Of a DNA stretch of 64,000 nucleotides, positions 27,497-39,900 are shown piece after piece. Under the pieces are notes generated by a model that ran no database searches, was not told where the DNA came from, and saw nothing but the letters and a program-made list of their open reading frames with translations. The stretch's first letter is position 1, and every line of letters starts with the position of its first letter. This DNA is from the human T2T-CHM13v2.0 reference genome, Homo sapiens. A program made the translations under genes and the position numbers. The DNA is taken from the NCBI RefSeq assembly GCF_009914755.1, contig NC_060946.1; one strand, given 5' to 3'.

Positions 27497-28529
27497 TGTG
27501 ACATGCTTCCAACTCTCCGCTCTTCAATCTAGGGCAGGCATTTGTGCCCAGCTGACAGATGCCAGGTTCTGGGTAAGGATGGGGGCCACCAGCGAGAGCC
27601 CTGGACTCAAAGCCTCAGGGAGCCAGGTACAGGCTCAGCCCTGCCGTTTAGCCAGGCCACCCAAGGCCAGCACATCACCCCTCTGGGCCTCAGTTTCCTC
27701 ATCTGTAAAACCATAACTGTAGTCTGGACAGAACCTTTACATTGGCAAAGAGCTGCCATGTCCCCTCTTAGGGGGCTCCACCAGAGCAGCATCAACCTTG
27801 CTAATCTTCAACTGAAGAGCCCAGAGAGGGCCACACTTGCCCGATGCCACACAGCCAGCTGATTCCAGAGCCGGAGCGCTGGGCACAAGCACCCTGCTCT
27901 GCAGCGGCCACTCACTCAATCCTTTACCAATCATTTCTGGAATGCCTTTTATAGTGAGGAAAGGGCAGATCTTTTTCCACAACATGACGCGATCTGGCAG
28001 CAGATCAGGAAGGAGAAGAGGAACGATCACGTATTCAATGATGACTGTGTGCCAGGCACTTCTCCAAGAGACTCTAACCCTCGCGGCAACGATGAGGCGA
28101 GGGGCTATATCCCAGCTTGGAGGGGAGGGGGCGGAGGCACTGGGTGCCCACAGAGCTAAGCCAGGGTTTACCCCAGGGCTGAGTCTGGAGGCTGGCACTG
28201 ATATAGAGGGGCCACGGCAATGCCCTTGGCGCAGGAGCTAAGAATGGTGCTAGATGTAACCCTTCCTGAAGACATCCCCAGGTGGGGAGAGGCCTCATGC
28301 TGAAGGATCAGAAGGTGGAGCAGTGGGCACCTGCCATGGCCCTCAGAAAACCCTGCTGAGGGAAGGCACCTCTGACCTTGGCCATGAACTCCCCCTCCCC
28401 CAACCTGCCAATGAGATAGAAGCCAGAGGTGCAGGGCACAGGCCTCTCCACCAACCTGCAGCTGGGCCCAAAGGGTGAGTGGGAACCCCAGGAAATGGGA
28501 CAGGAGACACGGCTCACTCATTTCCTGTG

Positions 28530-28740
28530 CGGAAGCTTCGGGCCAGGGCACCTCGCACAGACACTTCACACACATTCCCACAATAAGTCCTCACATGCAG
28601 GCTTTGATGGGACAGTGAGCCCATTTTATAGATGAGAAAACCGAGGCTCAGAGATGGCACCCTCCTTACCCGAGACTGAATGCAGAGGAAGAGGTGGAGC
28701 TGGGCTGTGAACCCTGAGACTTCTAGGCCTGGGGCTCTAA
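28530..28740 (-). mobile_element. MIR
   Basis: ccattttatagatgagaaaaccgaggctcagaga. Confidence 0.8.
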
Positions 28741-31700
28741 GGACATTCCAGATTCACAGAATCCAAAAGTCCATGTCTGACATCTCATGTGACCGCTCCC
28801 AGAGGGCCCAGCTCATCAGGCACCACACCCCTGCCCTCAGATCCTCTTGCTCAAAAAACACAGGTTGCCTTCCCCGGCCTCAAAGTATAGCACTCCCTAC
28901 CGCAGGGGCTTTGCACAGGCTTTCTCTTAGCCTTGCACACTGTTTCCTGCTTACTCATTTAATTCCTACCTCCTTCCCATCATAGCTCTGGGCCCCCTCC
29001 TCCAGGAAGCCTCCCTGACTTCCTTCAGTCTTCACAGCCCTTATGTCAGCTGCGACGTTACTTTCACCTCTGTGAATATCTGATTTGCCATTACTATTGT
29101 TGGGTCAGGGCTTGTCTTCTCTCAACTGAACAAATGCCCCTTCTCCACCCACCCTCCCAGGCTCAGCCATGCAGGGGGCGTGAGCTGCTCTCTACTCGGG
29201 AGAACCACACGTCTCTAGCTGTTCTGCCCACGTGTCCGCTCCAGCCAGACTGGACACAGCCTCTGCAGGGCCCAGCTCTCTGCAACATATTTTCAGCAAA
29301 TGAGCAGCCCTGTGGGGCATCCTGTGGGCTCCCCTGAGGCAAGACGGGATGGGCGCCCTCAGGGTCCAGGCATGTGGCTCCGAGGTCTAGGCCCACTGAG
29401 GGTGTGTGTGGAGGCAGCTCAGCTCTAAGGCTCTAGCAGTACCCAGTCCCACAAGGCTCAAGCACAGCTCCCATCCGCAGCCCCCCGTGAACCTGGTCTG
29501 GTCCCCTGTCCAGCCCCCTTCCCACCTTCATCTCTTGGTTGCACATCCAGGCTCTAGCTTCAGATCACCCAGGATCAAATGCCAGCTCACCTACTCCCTG
29601 GCTCACCTCCCACTCACCCACGCCCTGAGCAAGTCACTTAACCTCTCTGTGCCTCCGTTTCCTGGTCACAGGGTTGTGGGTAGAGTCAAAGGGATCACAC
29701 ATGTGAAATGCTTAATCTAGGTGCTGGCACACGGTCAGGGCTCAGCACCCCTTTGGGATTGTCAGTGTTCACTGGTTCACTAAACCCCTTTGCTAAAGCT
29801 TGCCCCAGACGGGGGGGAAAGCCCCCACCCCAGGTCTTAGCCAGGGAAGGGCATCCCCGGTGAAAGTCACAGGCTGGGGCAGGACAAGCCACAAGCATCC
29901 TGGTGCTCTCTCCAGCCTCGTGCCTCCCTGCCCACTGTGTGGGAAGCCTGAAACGCCTGAACCACATGACCCCAGGCCCAGGCCGGCTGGAGCCTGCTCT
30001 GTCCACATGGGTCTCCCAGCACCCTCCACCTCACTCTGCAGCCCCTTGTTTGTTAATTTCATTTCCCCGCTCCCCCTCTGAGCCAGGACAGAGACTGGTG
30101 GGGTCTCCAAGAGCCCGGGAGAGGCGGGTGGATCTGATAAACCATTCTCTTCCAGGGCCAGCACCTTCTCAGGCAGGCGGCAGCGCAGTCACACCAAGAA
30201 GTGATAAGGAGTCAGAAGAGCGGTGGGAATTCCTCCCTTCCTGCAGCAAGGCCATAAACCATCCTCATCCCCAGCACACAGGCTGCCAAGGGCTGCTTCC
30301 ATCCGCCCAGCTGTGGGGGTGAGCACCTGGCGAGACTGGCGCCCAGCCTGAACGCACCTGCCAGGAGAATGGCCACAGGACAGATGACCACGTAGGACTC
30401 AGGGCCTCACACTCGCCTCTGCAGGAGGAAGAGACCATGGATATTCAGGAGCAAAGTAAGGAGGGCGAGCAGGCTCAAGGAGGAGAGAAGCGGGGCTCGA
30501 GGCTGGGAGGCCATGAATGCCGAGCCAGAACGTGGGCTTTGTGCAGTGGTAACAGGGAGCTATGGATGGTGTGGGGTGGAAAAAGCAAGGAGACGGGAGG
30601 GGAGGTGGGGTCAGGATGACCATAGTAGACACATGCTGGATCGCCACCCAGGAGGCCACTGCAGGGATGCAGGAGGGCTGAGAGGGTGGCCTAGCCACAG
30701 ACGGTGGCAGAGAAACCGGGAAGCAGCTCAGGGCTGGCCGTGGGGGAGGCCAGAGGCTCTTGGGGCTGCAGGCCAGTGCCCATTCCCTTGCCACTCCCCC
30801 CACCGAGTCCCCTTCCTCCCCCTGCCTGCCTGCCCCATCCCCAAGCAAAGCCAAGTGGGAAAGTGTGGCCCCCGAAATGGCTGTGGGCTCAGTGGGAGGT
30901 GGAGGGAGTATGAACTCACCAGGGGCCACCAAGTTCAAATACAGGTAGGTCCTGGCCCAGAGTAATAGGAAACCCACCCAGCCATCTAGCAGAGGCCCTC
31001 GGCTGCCTGTGGGCCCCTTCCCTTGGCCTCCTCCATCAGGCAAGAGCTTAAGGCCTCAACAGGGACCCAGGCCCACCGCCACCCCATCTGAGTGGCCCTG
31101 CAGATTCCACTCCAAGCTGAGCAGACAACCCCTGGCCAGGGCCTCTCAGGGGGCCACCAGGCAGGCTGGAGGCTGCAGAGGCCTGGAGGGCACTGCCTTC
31201 TATGCTGTGGGTCTCAATTTCCTCATCTGCAGCATGAAACAGTGATCCTTCCTTCCAGGGCCATAACAAAGGGTCAATGAGAGGGCATCACAGTGAACTT
31301 GCTGAGCACAGGGCAGGAATAAGTCCCTGAGGCACTGACGTTTGCAGTGTCCCCGGGTGCCCAACATCCCTCCAAACACCTCGCTCCTTCCCCCCCACCT
31401 CAGGGCCTTTGTACACGCTGTTCCTCCTGCCTGCAACACTCTTCTCTGTGTCTCTCCCCTGCTGGTTGTTCTGAGCTCAGATGCTATATCCTCCAGGAAG
31501 TCTTTTCTATCCCCTAGATGAGGTCACAGCCCCACAGTCTCCCCCAAACCAGACTGAAAACTCCACGAATGCAGAACAGGGACTGTCTTGCTCACTGCTG
31601 TGTGTTCTTACTATTTATTAAATGAATAAATAAATGAGTGGATGAGTGAGACATGACAACTCTTGACCTTCAGTGACAACACAGGGCCATCGGGGTGGCA

Positions 31701-33498
31701 GGGCCTGCCTTGAGGGCTGTGGGCACCCATCCGAGCCCCTGATCCAGCCCACAGAGTCCAGGAAGTGTTCCCAGAGGAGGCAACAGTTCAGCCTGAATTC
31801 AGAAACTTGAAGCTGCAAGGTCACCAATACCTACTTTACAGATGGGGAAACTGAGGCCTAGGATCAGGGGCTGCCCGTGAATGTCCTGAGAAGCTGCCCT
31901 GCTTCGCTGGTCTAAGGCTCTGCCAAGTCCCCCACCCCTGAGTGGCCCATCTCATTCCCCTGGGGCTGCCCCACAGCCCACCCAGGGCCGCCACCCCCTG
32001 CCCCTGGTCATCCATCGAGCAGGTGGCAGGGCTGCTCGGGGCTGGGGCGGTCCTGGGCATGCGGTTGCACTGCTGAGTCGGGCAGCTGGCAGCAGCACAG
32101 CTACGAACCAGCTGTTTGGATGACAAACTGTGTTCAAGCTTCATTAGGGTAATCACGGGCTCCCCTCCCGGCAGCGCCGCGGAGCGCGACTGTCAACCTG
32201 AACTAATCAAACCCGGCCCCAGGACACCCGCCCGCCTGGCTGACAAGCCGCTAAGCCACGAGCCACCGGGTGCTGCACAGCTCCCGGCAGAGACCCAGTC
32301 CTGCCGCACGCCCTGGAAACAGCTGGCCTCACAGAGACCTACTGTGTGCTCCCTGAGATCTCGTGAGCCTCAGAGGCCCTATCAGGGAGGGACAATCACA
32401 ACAGTCACTCCCATTTCTATAGCCCACGAGAGAAAGTGACTTACCAAAGCCACATAGCCTTGTGGGGTTAAGTCAGACAGGAACCCAGGTCCACCAGGGA
32501 CCCCCATCACCAGCCCTATTCCCAGTGCCTCCCAGACCCGGGCAACCTTGCCTCTTCCTGCCCTTGAGGCCCAGCAGGCTGAGCTTGGAGCTCTGAGGCT
32601 GTGGTCAGATGTGTGGCCTCAGCAAGTCCCTTGACATGTCTAGGGCTTGAGCCCTGCACCCCAACAGCAGCCTGGGGGCTCTGATGGTGCAGGTGTGGAA
32701 AGCACTCTGCCAGGCACTGGGGGTGGTGCAGAACCTGCCTTGTAGTCTATGGTCACTACCCTGCGCAGCTGGGCTGTAAGCCAGCCCACTTGCCTTACAT
32801 CCTCAGAATCTGAACTTAGCCAGGAAGGGAAGGTCTGGTTCCTTCATTTGACAACTGGGGAAAATGGGGCCAAGAGAGGGGTGTCAGAGATCACGGAATG
32901 TAGTGGAAAGAGTACAGGCTTTAGAGACAGATGGATATTCCTTCATCCACTCATCCGCTCAACAAATACTAGCAAGATGCTATCACATGTCAGGTGCTCA
33001 GGACTTGCTGAAGGAACAGATGACAGGAAGGAAGAGTGAGTGAACCAACGAAAGGCACCGGGGTCCAGCCGTGAACTCAGCAGACACCATCCCTGCCTCC
33101 TGGAGTTTTCTGTCTAGGGCGAGCAGATGCATAACAGATAACTATTACAAATGACATGGGCACTACGAACTAGCCTGATAACATGCACCAGGAAGGCCCT
33201 GCCTGGCAGAGGAGGTGATACTCCAGCTGGGCTCTGAGGGTATTAGCCAGGCAGGGAGAAGCTTGGGAGGTCGGAACAGCAAGTGCAAAGGCCCTGAGGT
33301 AGGAAGCAGCTCAGGGCTTTTGAGAACAAAAGGTCCCTCTATGTGGCTGGAGTGTAGTGACCAGTGCAGGAGCTGGAGCAGGAACAGCCAGGGGGAGGAT
33401 CTCGGTCTCATTCCAAGGGTGATGGCAATGTAAGCAAGGGCAGCACTCTGGGTTCGACGGGGAGAGTGAGCGGGAGAGTTCAAATACCAGTTCAGCCA

Positions 33499-34085
<587 letters not shown>

Positions 34086-34141
34086 CCTGGCTGCGTCACT
34101 CTGCCTCTCTTAATCTCTGTTTTTGCATTGGCAAAATGCAA

Positions 34142-34455
34142 TGGCAGGAGCTGCCCCACTGTGCAGAGGCTTTAGAGGACGGTGCACCCAGTCTGTGTGC
34201 AGTGGCAGGAGCTGCCTCGCTGTGCAGAGGCTTTAGGGGATGGTGCACCAGGGCTGTGTGTAGACAGTGGCAGGAGGTGCCTCACTGTGCAGAGGCTTTA
34301 GAGGATGGTGCACCAGGGCTGTGTGTAGACAGTGGCAGGAGCTGCCTCGCTGTGCAGAAGCTTTAGAGGATGGTGCACCAGGGCTGTGTGTAGACAGTGG
34401 CAGGAGCTGTCTCGCTGTGCAGAGGCTTTAGAGGACGGTGCACCAGGGCTGTGCA
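34142..34455 (+). repeat. 65-bp minisatellite, ~4.8 copies
   Basis: tggcaggag unit starts at 34142, 34203, 34268, 34333, 34398. Confidence 0.95.
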
Positions 34456-34809
34456 CAAGCCTGGCTGACAGCCACTGCACCATGAACGCAAGTCACACAG
34501 AAGCAGAAAAGTATCTGGCTTCCACCACACCTTGGCCCTCTTTGAGCCTCAGTTTCGGTAAGGAACCAGTGGTCCCCACCTGCCTCAGAGGCAAAGGGGT
34601 AAAGGTGTAAAAACCCTCATATCAGGCCCCTGTGAGCCAGCTTGCCCCTCGCCACAAAGTGGAGAGCAATTCAGAGACCAGAACACACAGTATGCCTACT
34701 GCTCCACGCAGTAGGTACTAAGCCTGTAACTCACTGCCCACAGCCACACACAGAGGAAGGCGATAGAAGGCAGGCCTAGCCCAAGCTTCCAGGTGCCCAA
34801 CCTGCTCAC

Positions 34810-34972
34810 CCACTATGTGCCAGGCCTGGCCTAGGGCTTCCCTCTAGGAGGAGCACCGGCCCACCACGATGGCTCCTCCAGGTGCCACTGGGACACAGGA
34901 CCATAGGCACAAGCGCAGTGGGAACCCAGGCCAACGGGTGGCCCCTGCCTGGGGCTGGAGTTTAGCAGACTC
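34810..34972 (-). other. Candidate internal non-coding exon (163 nt)
   Basis: Minus-strand acceptor cctgttcccacag|GAGTC and donor TAGTGG|GTGAGC; no transcript evidence available. Confidence 0.2.
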
Positions 34973-37479
34973 CTGTGGGAACAGGCTCACAAGGTTCCAG
35001 ATGAGCCACCAGATAAAGGTGACTCAACATAATGGTACCCTTGGTGTCAGAGGGGCTGCATGGCCAGGTGCCCCTCACACCATGGGCAGCTGGAAGCAGG
35101 GAGAGGCCTGGTTCCCTGTCCAGAGCCTGAACATCTCACCCTCCTCCCTGGGACCTTGGGTGGCCTTGGGAAATCAGACTGGTGGCAACCTCACCAACAA
35201 TTTGTAGGCTCAGCTGTCCTCACGGCCCTTTAATATCATTTTCTCATGAGTCTGCCAACAACCTAGGGACAGGGCCCGGGGTCAGAATCATCATTGGCTC
35301 CATTTTACAGAGGAGTACACTGAGGCTCTAGGAGGTTTGGTGTCCCAGGGGTACCCCAATGAGGAGTCAAGCAGCTAGATGGCTGGATGCCCATGGTCAG
35401 CCCCTGGGCACAACTCAGTCCCCTGTGCCCTGTCCTCCCCATCACCTGGGGGCTGCTCACTCAAGCAGCCAGTTCACTCAGTCAGTCAACAAACAGCAAC
35501 TGTGTGCTGCAGCCACTGTTCTAGGAGCTGGAGGCAGAGCAGGGAACAGGCTAGGCTGCAGGGAGGTGGTTCCGAGTCAACAACCGCTCCAGCCCTTACA
35601 CACTCGGCACATGCCGAGAACAACAGTGTGGCAGACACACTGGCGCCTGTCATGAGCCAGGCGCTGCACTGAGACTATCACATCTAATTCTCTAAGCAGC
35701 CTCACAAGGGTGGAATAGTCATCCCCATTTTACAGATGAGGACGCTGAGGCTCAAATTCAGGGCCTTGCCTGAGTGTAGTCTCACAGCCTAGTCTAAGTG
35801 GGGAAGGATCTGGCCCCAAGCACGTGGGCTCCTCAGTCCTGTCTGTCCGTCCCATGGGACTTTTAGTCCTTTGTGTGAGTTGTCGGAAGGGAACCTTGCT
35901 CTGGACCTCAGCAATGGATGGATCTAGCAGGGCCTCAGGATGAACCAGGACCCAAGACTCCACACCCCATCCCGTGTCTCAGGCCCTGGCTGCCTACAGT
36001 ATCCAGAGCTGTACACCCTCTGGGCCCGGAGCCCAGCCTGACTTTCGTTCTGCATACGCTCCTGGGACCTGGGCTCCACAGAGACATCCGAGACCATTCC
36101 TGCTCCCGGGGCCCTGCCCACATCAGCTCAGCCCCAGCAAAGATCCCAGTTTTGTGCTGGCCCCCACCAGGCAAGAGGGGTGGGGAAACAGACAAGAAAG
36201 CAAGGAGTCCCACTTGGGATGCTCTCCCCGCACACCTCCCATGGCTGGCACCTTCTCCTGCCCCTGATAAAGGCTCCCTGGCCACCCTGCCTCTATCAGC
36301 ACCCCCTGCACCTCCCACTCTCTCTCTGGCACCACTCAGCTTTTCCACACAGCCCTGCCCACAGGCCGGCACCAGCCACGTTTTCACCTGTTTGCTGTCT
36401 GTCACTCCTACTCCACTGTGAGCTCCTCGAGGGTGAGAACCTGGTCTGCTTTATTCACAAATGTAGCTCTCCCCATCCCACCCCCAATCAGTACCACATC
36501 TGGTGCATAGTAGGGCTGCAATATCCTTATTAAGTGACTGCATTTGCTGAATGAATACTGACTGGCAGAGAGAATGCGAGAACACAGTGCACGCATCTGT
36601 TACCCCTGACTCTGAGCAGACAGCAGGGGGGCAGAGAGTGGGGAAGTGTCCCAGGCAGAAGGCATAGCAGGGGCAGAGACCTGAGGGCAAGAAAGAACTG
36701 GGCTCTGGGACCTCTAAGTGCAGCTTCTGAGTGCGGCAGAAGCACAGGACGTGAGACTAGGGAGCCAGTAGGGTGGCAAGGGGGTGACAGGGAGCCCTTC
36801 AGGGTGCCAGCTCTGGGGTGGGGGTGCCCCAGCACTCAGATCACGCCCCCAGCCCTGCCCAAACCAGCAACGAGCCTGGCCCCTAGCCCAACTTTACCCC
36901 CGAGGCCACCTGTGGTGGGCAACCAAATCTGGGGGCCAGCCATCACTCCTCCTCTGCCCAGACACCAGGAATACAGTCCTGGCACCCACCCACAGGTCTG
37001 GGAGCCAACCTGCCACCATGCAGGCTGCAACCTGTGACCTTGGCCCCATTAGCGTGGCCTCCTCCAGTCAAGCAAACCAGCTGGCGCCAAAAAACAGAGC
37101 AGGTTGGGTGAACTCCTCATTGCAGAGGATGGCACGGCTGCAGGCAGCAGGAGACATCACTTACACGCTCCAGCCGGGATCTGTTGGGGAGGGGTGGTGG
37201 TGGCAAGAACTGGGTGTGTCCAGGGCAGCAAACAGCTCTCACACCCAGGCTGGACTGACCTGGCATGGCTCGGGTAGCTAGGTTGGAAAACCCACCCCAG
37301 ACAGCCTCTCTCTCTCCAGGCCTCAGGCTGGGCCTCGGCTCCCGCCCCCTCTCCCCTTGGATGACCTCAGCTCTGGATGCCCCCGGAGCACTCCAGCCAG
37401 AGGTTCCCTGCTCAGGCCTGCTTCAGGCATCCCTTCTCCTGCATGCATCCCAGGCATCCTATCTGGGCTCTTCCCTCCC

Positions 37480-38080
37480 CCACCTCCCCATGCCACGTGG
37501 ACTCTCCCAGCTCCAGCCCCACTGCCATCTCCCTCCTTCACCCGTCTCTGCCTCCAAACCTGCTACTGAGACCCTCTAAAGGGTGCCCGCCACCTTTAGA
37601 ATAAAATCCCAGGCATCTCCTGGCCCTACTGGCCCACATGGCACAGTCTGGCCCCTAAACCCCCTCCACACACACACCTATCCACCATACTCCAGCCACA
37701 ATGGCCTCCTTTCTGCCCCACACCCAGACAAACTCAGACCTGCCACAGGGCCTTTGCACGGGCCCCTGACTAGGGTGCTCTTCCCCCTGACCTCCCTCAC
37801 GACTGGTACTCCTCGCTCTTCAGGCCTCAACTCAAACATTTCCTCTTGCAGAGACCTCTCCAGAGGACCCTGGCCAGCGGTATCCACATGTGCACCCCAC
37901 CCTGATCATCACCACACAGCACAGAACTGCTTCCCATAGCCACGTATCTTCTTCCTTGCTCACTGTCTGTCTCCCCATCAGCCTGGGAGTTGCACAACAC
38001 AGTGGCTGTGCGTGAAGAGTCACTGCTGTGCCCTCGGGCCTGGCACACAGCACTCCACACATCTGTTCACTGAATGAGTG
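37480..38080 (+). mobile_element. L2 3' fragment
   Basis: tagaataaaatccc, ctccagccaca, cagggcctttgcac, gcctggcacacag...tgaatgagtg. Confidence 0.75.
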
Positions 38081-38629
38081 CATGGAGTCCTGGTCTCCAT
38101 GGCGCAGTCAGATCTGACCACATCAGGGGCTCCTGGGCCCTCCAGATGCTGCTGCCTCATGTCCAAGGCCCCTGTGGTCTAGCCCTGACACTGGGGTGCC
38201 TCCTGTCACTGATTCCCAAACCCACGCTGCCATCATGCCCTCCCTGCCACTCCTCTCCCCCTTATCCTCTCCCTGGCACCTCCTCTGACCTGCCCAAGCC
38301 CATACCTCCCCCTCCTGCCTGTCCCTCCCCCAGTCTTCAGTACCTTCAGCTCCCATCCCTGCTCACCCTTGCATTCACAGCCTGGCATCAGCTTCCCATT
38401 CCCCACCTTCCTGCCTGTCACTTCTGCTTACAAGCCCTGGTGCCACTGCCAATGCTTGGTGTCCCCCTCATCCTGTGCTTTTGTACCTCCAAGCCTTTGA
38501 CCACTGCTATTCCCTCTGCCTAAGGGCTCTTCCCCCTCTTCTCAGCTGGATGAGCTCTTATTCATCCTGCAAGACCCAACTCAAAATGTCTCCTCTTTTG
38601 TAAAATCCTGCCTGATCCTTCTCCTGCAT

Positions 38630-39060
38630 CAGTCAGGACATTACTGGTTGCAAGAGAAAGAAACACAACTCAAAATAGCTTGAGCAAAAAAGAGAACATG
38701 TTGATTTATATAACTAAATATTCCAGGGGTAGTTTCAGGCATTCTGGATCCAGAGGCCCAAATTAAGTCACCTATCCATCCACATCTGGGCTCTGCCTCC
38801 TTCCATGTGATGACCTTATCCGCAATCCTCCATCCTAAATGCAGCTGTGGAAGAGGGTGGCCGGTGGCCTCATATTCACACCCTTCAGTTTCAACAATCA
38901 CAGCTGAGTCCAAATCCAGAATGGGCCTGGGAGGGGGTCTCAGGCCCTGCATACTCAACCTTCAGTCACAGTTCCAGGGAAGCCTTTGACGGGCTCAGAT
39001 GGGCCACATGCCCCTTTCTCCACCAGTCACTGTGGCCAGAGGGAGGGGGTACTGGGCCCC
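38630..39060. mobile_element. MLT1-family (ERVL-MaLR) solo LTR
   Basis: ggttgcaagagaaagaaacacaactcaaaatagcttgagcaaaaaag...ctggatccagagg...ccagtcactgtggccagaggg, typical of MLT1J/K/L. Confidence 0.75.
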
Positions 39061-39279
39061 ACCTGGGTCCAGTGGGGGCATGCGTCCCAGGAAGAAAACC
39101 CTCTGGGCCCAGGTCCTACTCTGTACACAACTCCCGCCTCGGTCTCCACGCGTCCCCTGAGATCCCCCACCGCCCTGGATGTTCACGGTTCTGCAGCATG
39201 AGAAATCCCCTCGCAGCTGGGTCCCCAGTGCCCGCTCCGTGACAGCCCCAGAAGAGGGCCGGAGAAACTTTTCGTCTGA

Positions 39280-39900
39280 ATGGAGGTCGGCTGCACAGAG
39301 GAAACTACACGTGCTGGGTGTGTAATAACGGGTTAACCATCACCCCTGGCAGGCAGCAGATCTGCATTTTCACGGAGGCCTCAGGGGGACACAAAGCTTA
39401 AATGGCAGCGCAGAGTCGGGAGGGGGGTGCCCAGGGGGGCCTCAGCAGAGCCCCGTCCCTCCCGGCAGCCCGGCCTGCAGGGGCCACTCGGCCAATCCCG
39501 AAGAGCTCGCTCAGGGGCTGCGAGTGGAAGGGCTGGGAAAATAATTACCGAGGAGGCCCGGGAGGGAGGCGGGGAGGCTGGCGAGAGGCTTAATGAAACT
39601 GCTAACGCGTTAGTGATTCCTGCCTGCTCGGGAAAGGCGGAGGCAGACAGCCATGTTGCCAGCTCCTGCGACGGAGGCTGCCAGGCGGGACGGGCTGGGC
39701 ACGGCACGAGGCGGCAACAATAGGCACCTCTTCATCATCTGCCTCTCAACACGTGACTTTCAAAGGGCAATCTTAATATATCAAAGTCCAGATGACAGTT
39801 TATTTCAACACATCTCGTATTAAATTGGGCTGGAGTCCCTTCAGATGCATTATAAATATAAAGGCTAAAATTCTGATTAAAGCCATAATCACGGAGATCT
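39280..39900. promoter_or_regulatory. Candidate enhancer (CpG-retaining, homeobox/TCF/E-box rich)
   Basis: CACGTGAC 39750-39757, TTCAAAGG 39759-39766, ATCAAAG 39780-39786 and many TAAT cores; repeat-free. Confidence 0.55.
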
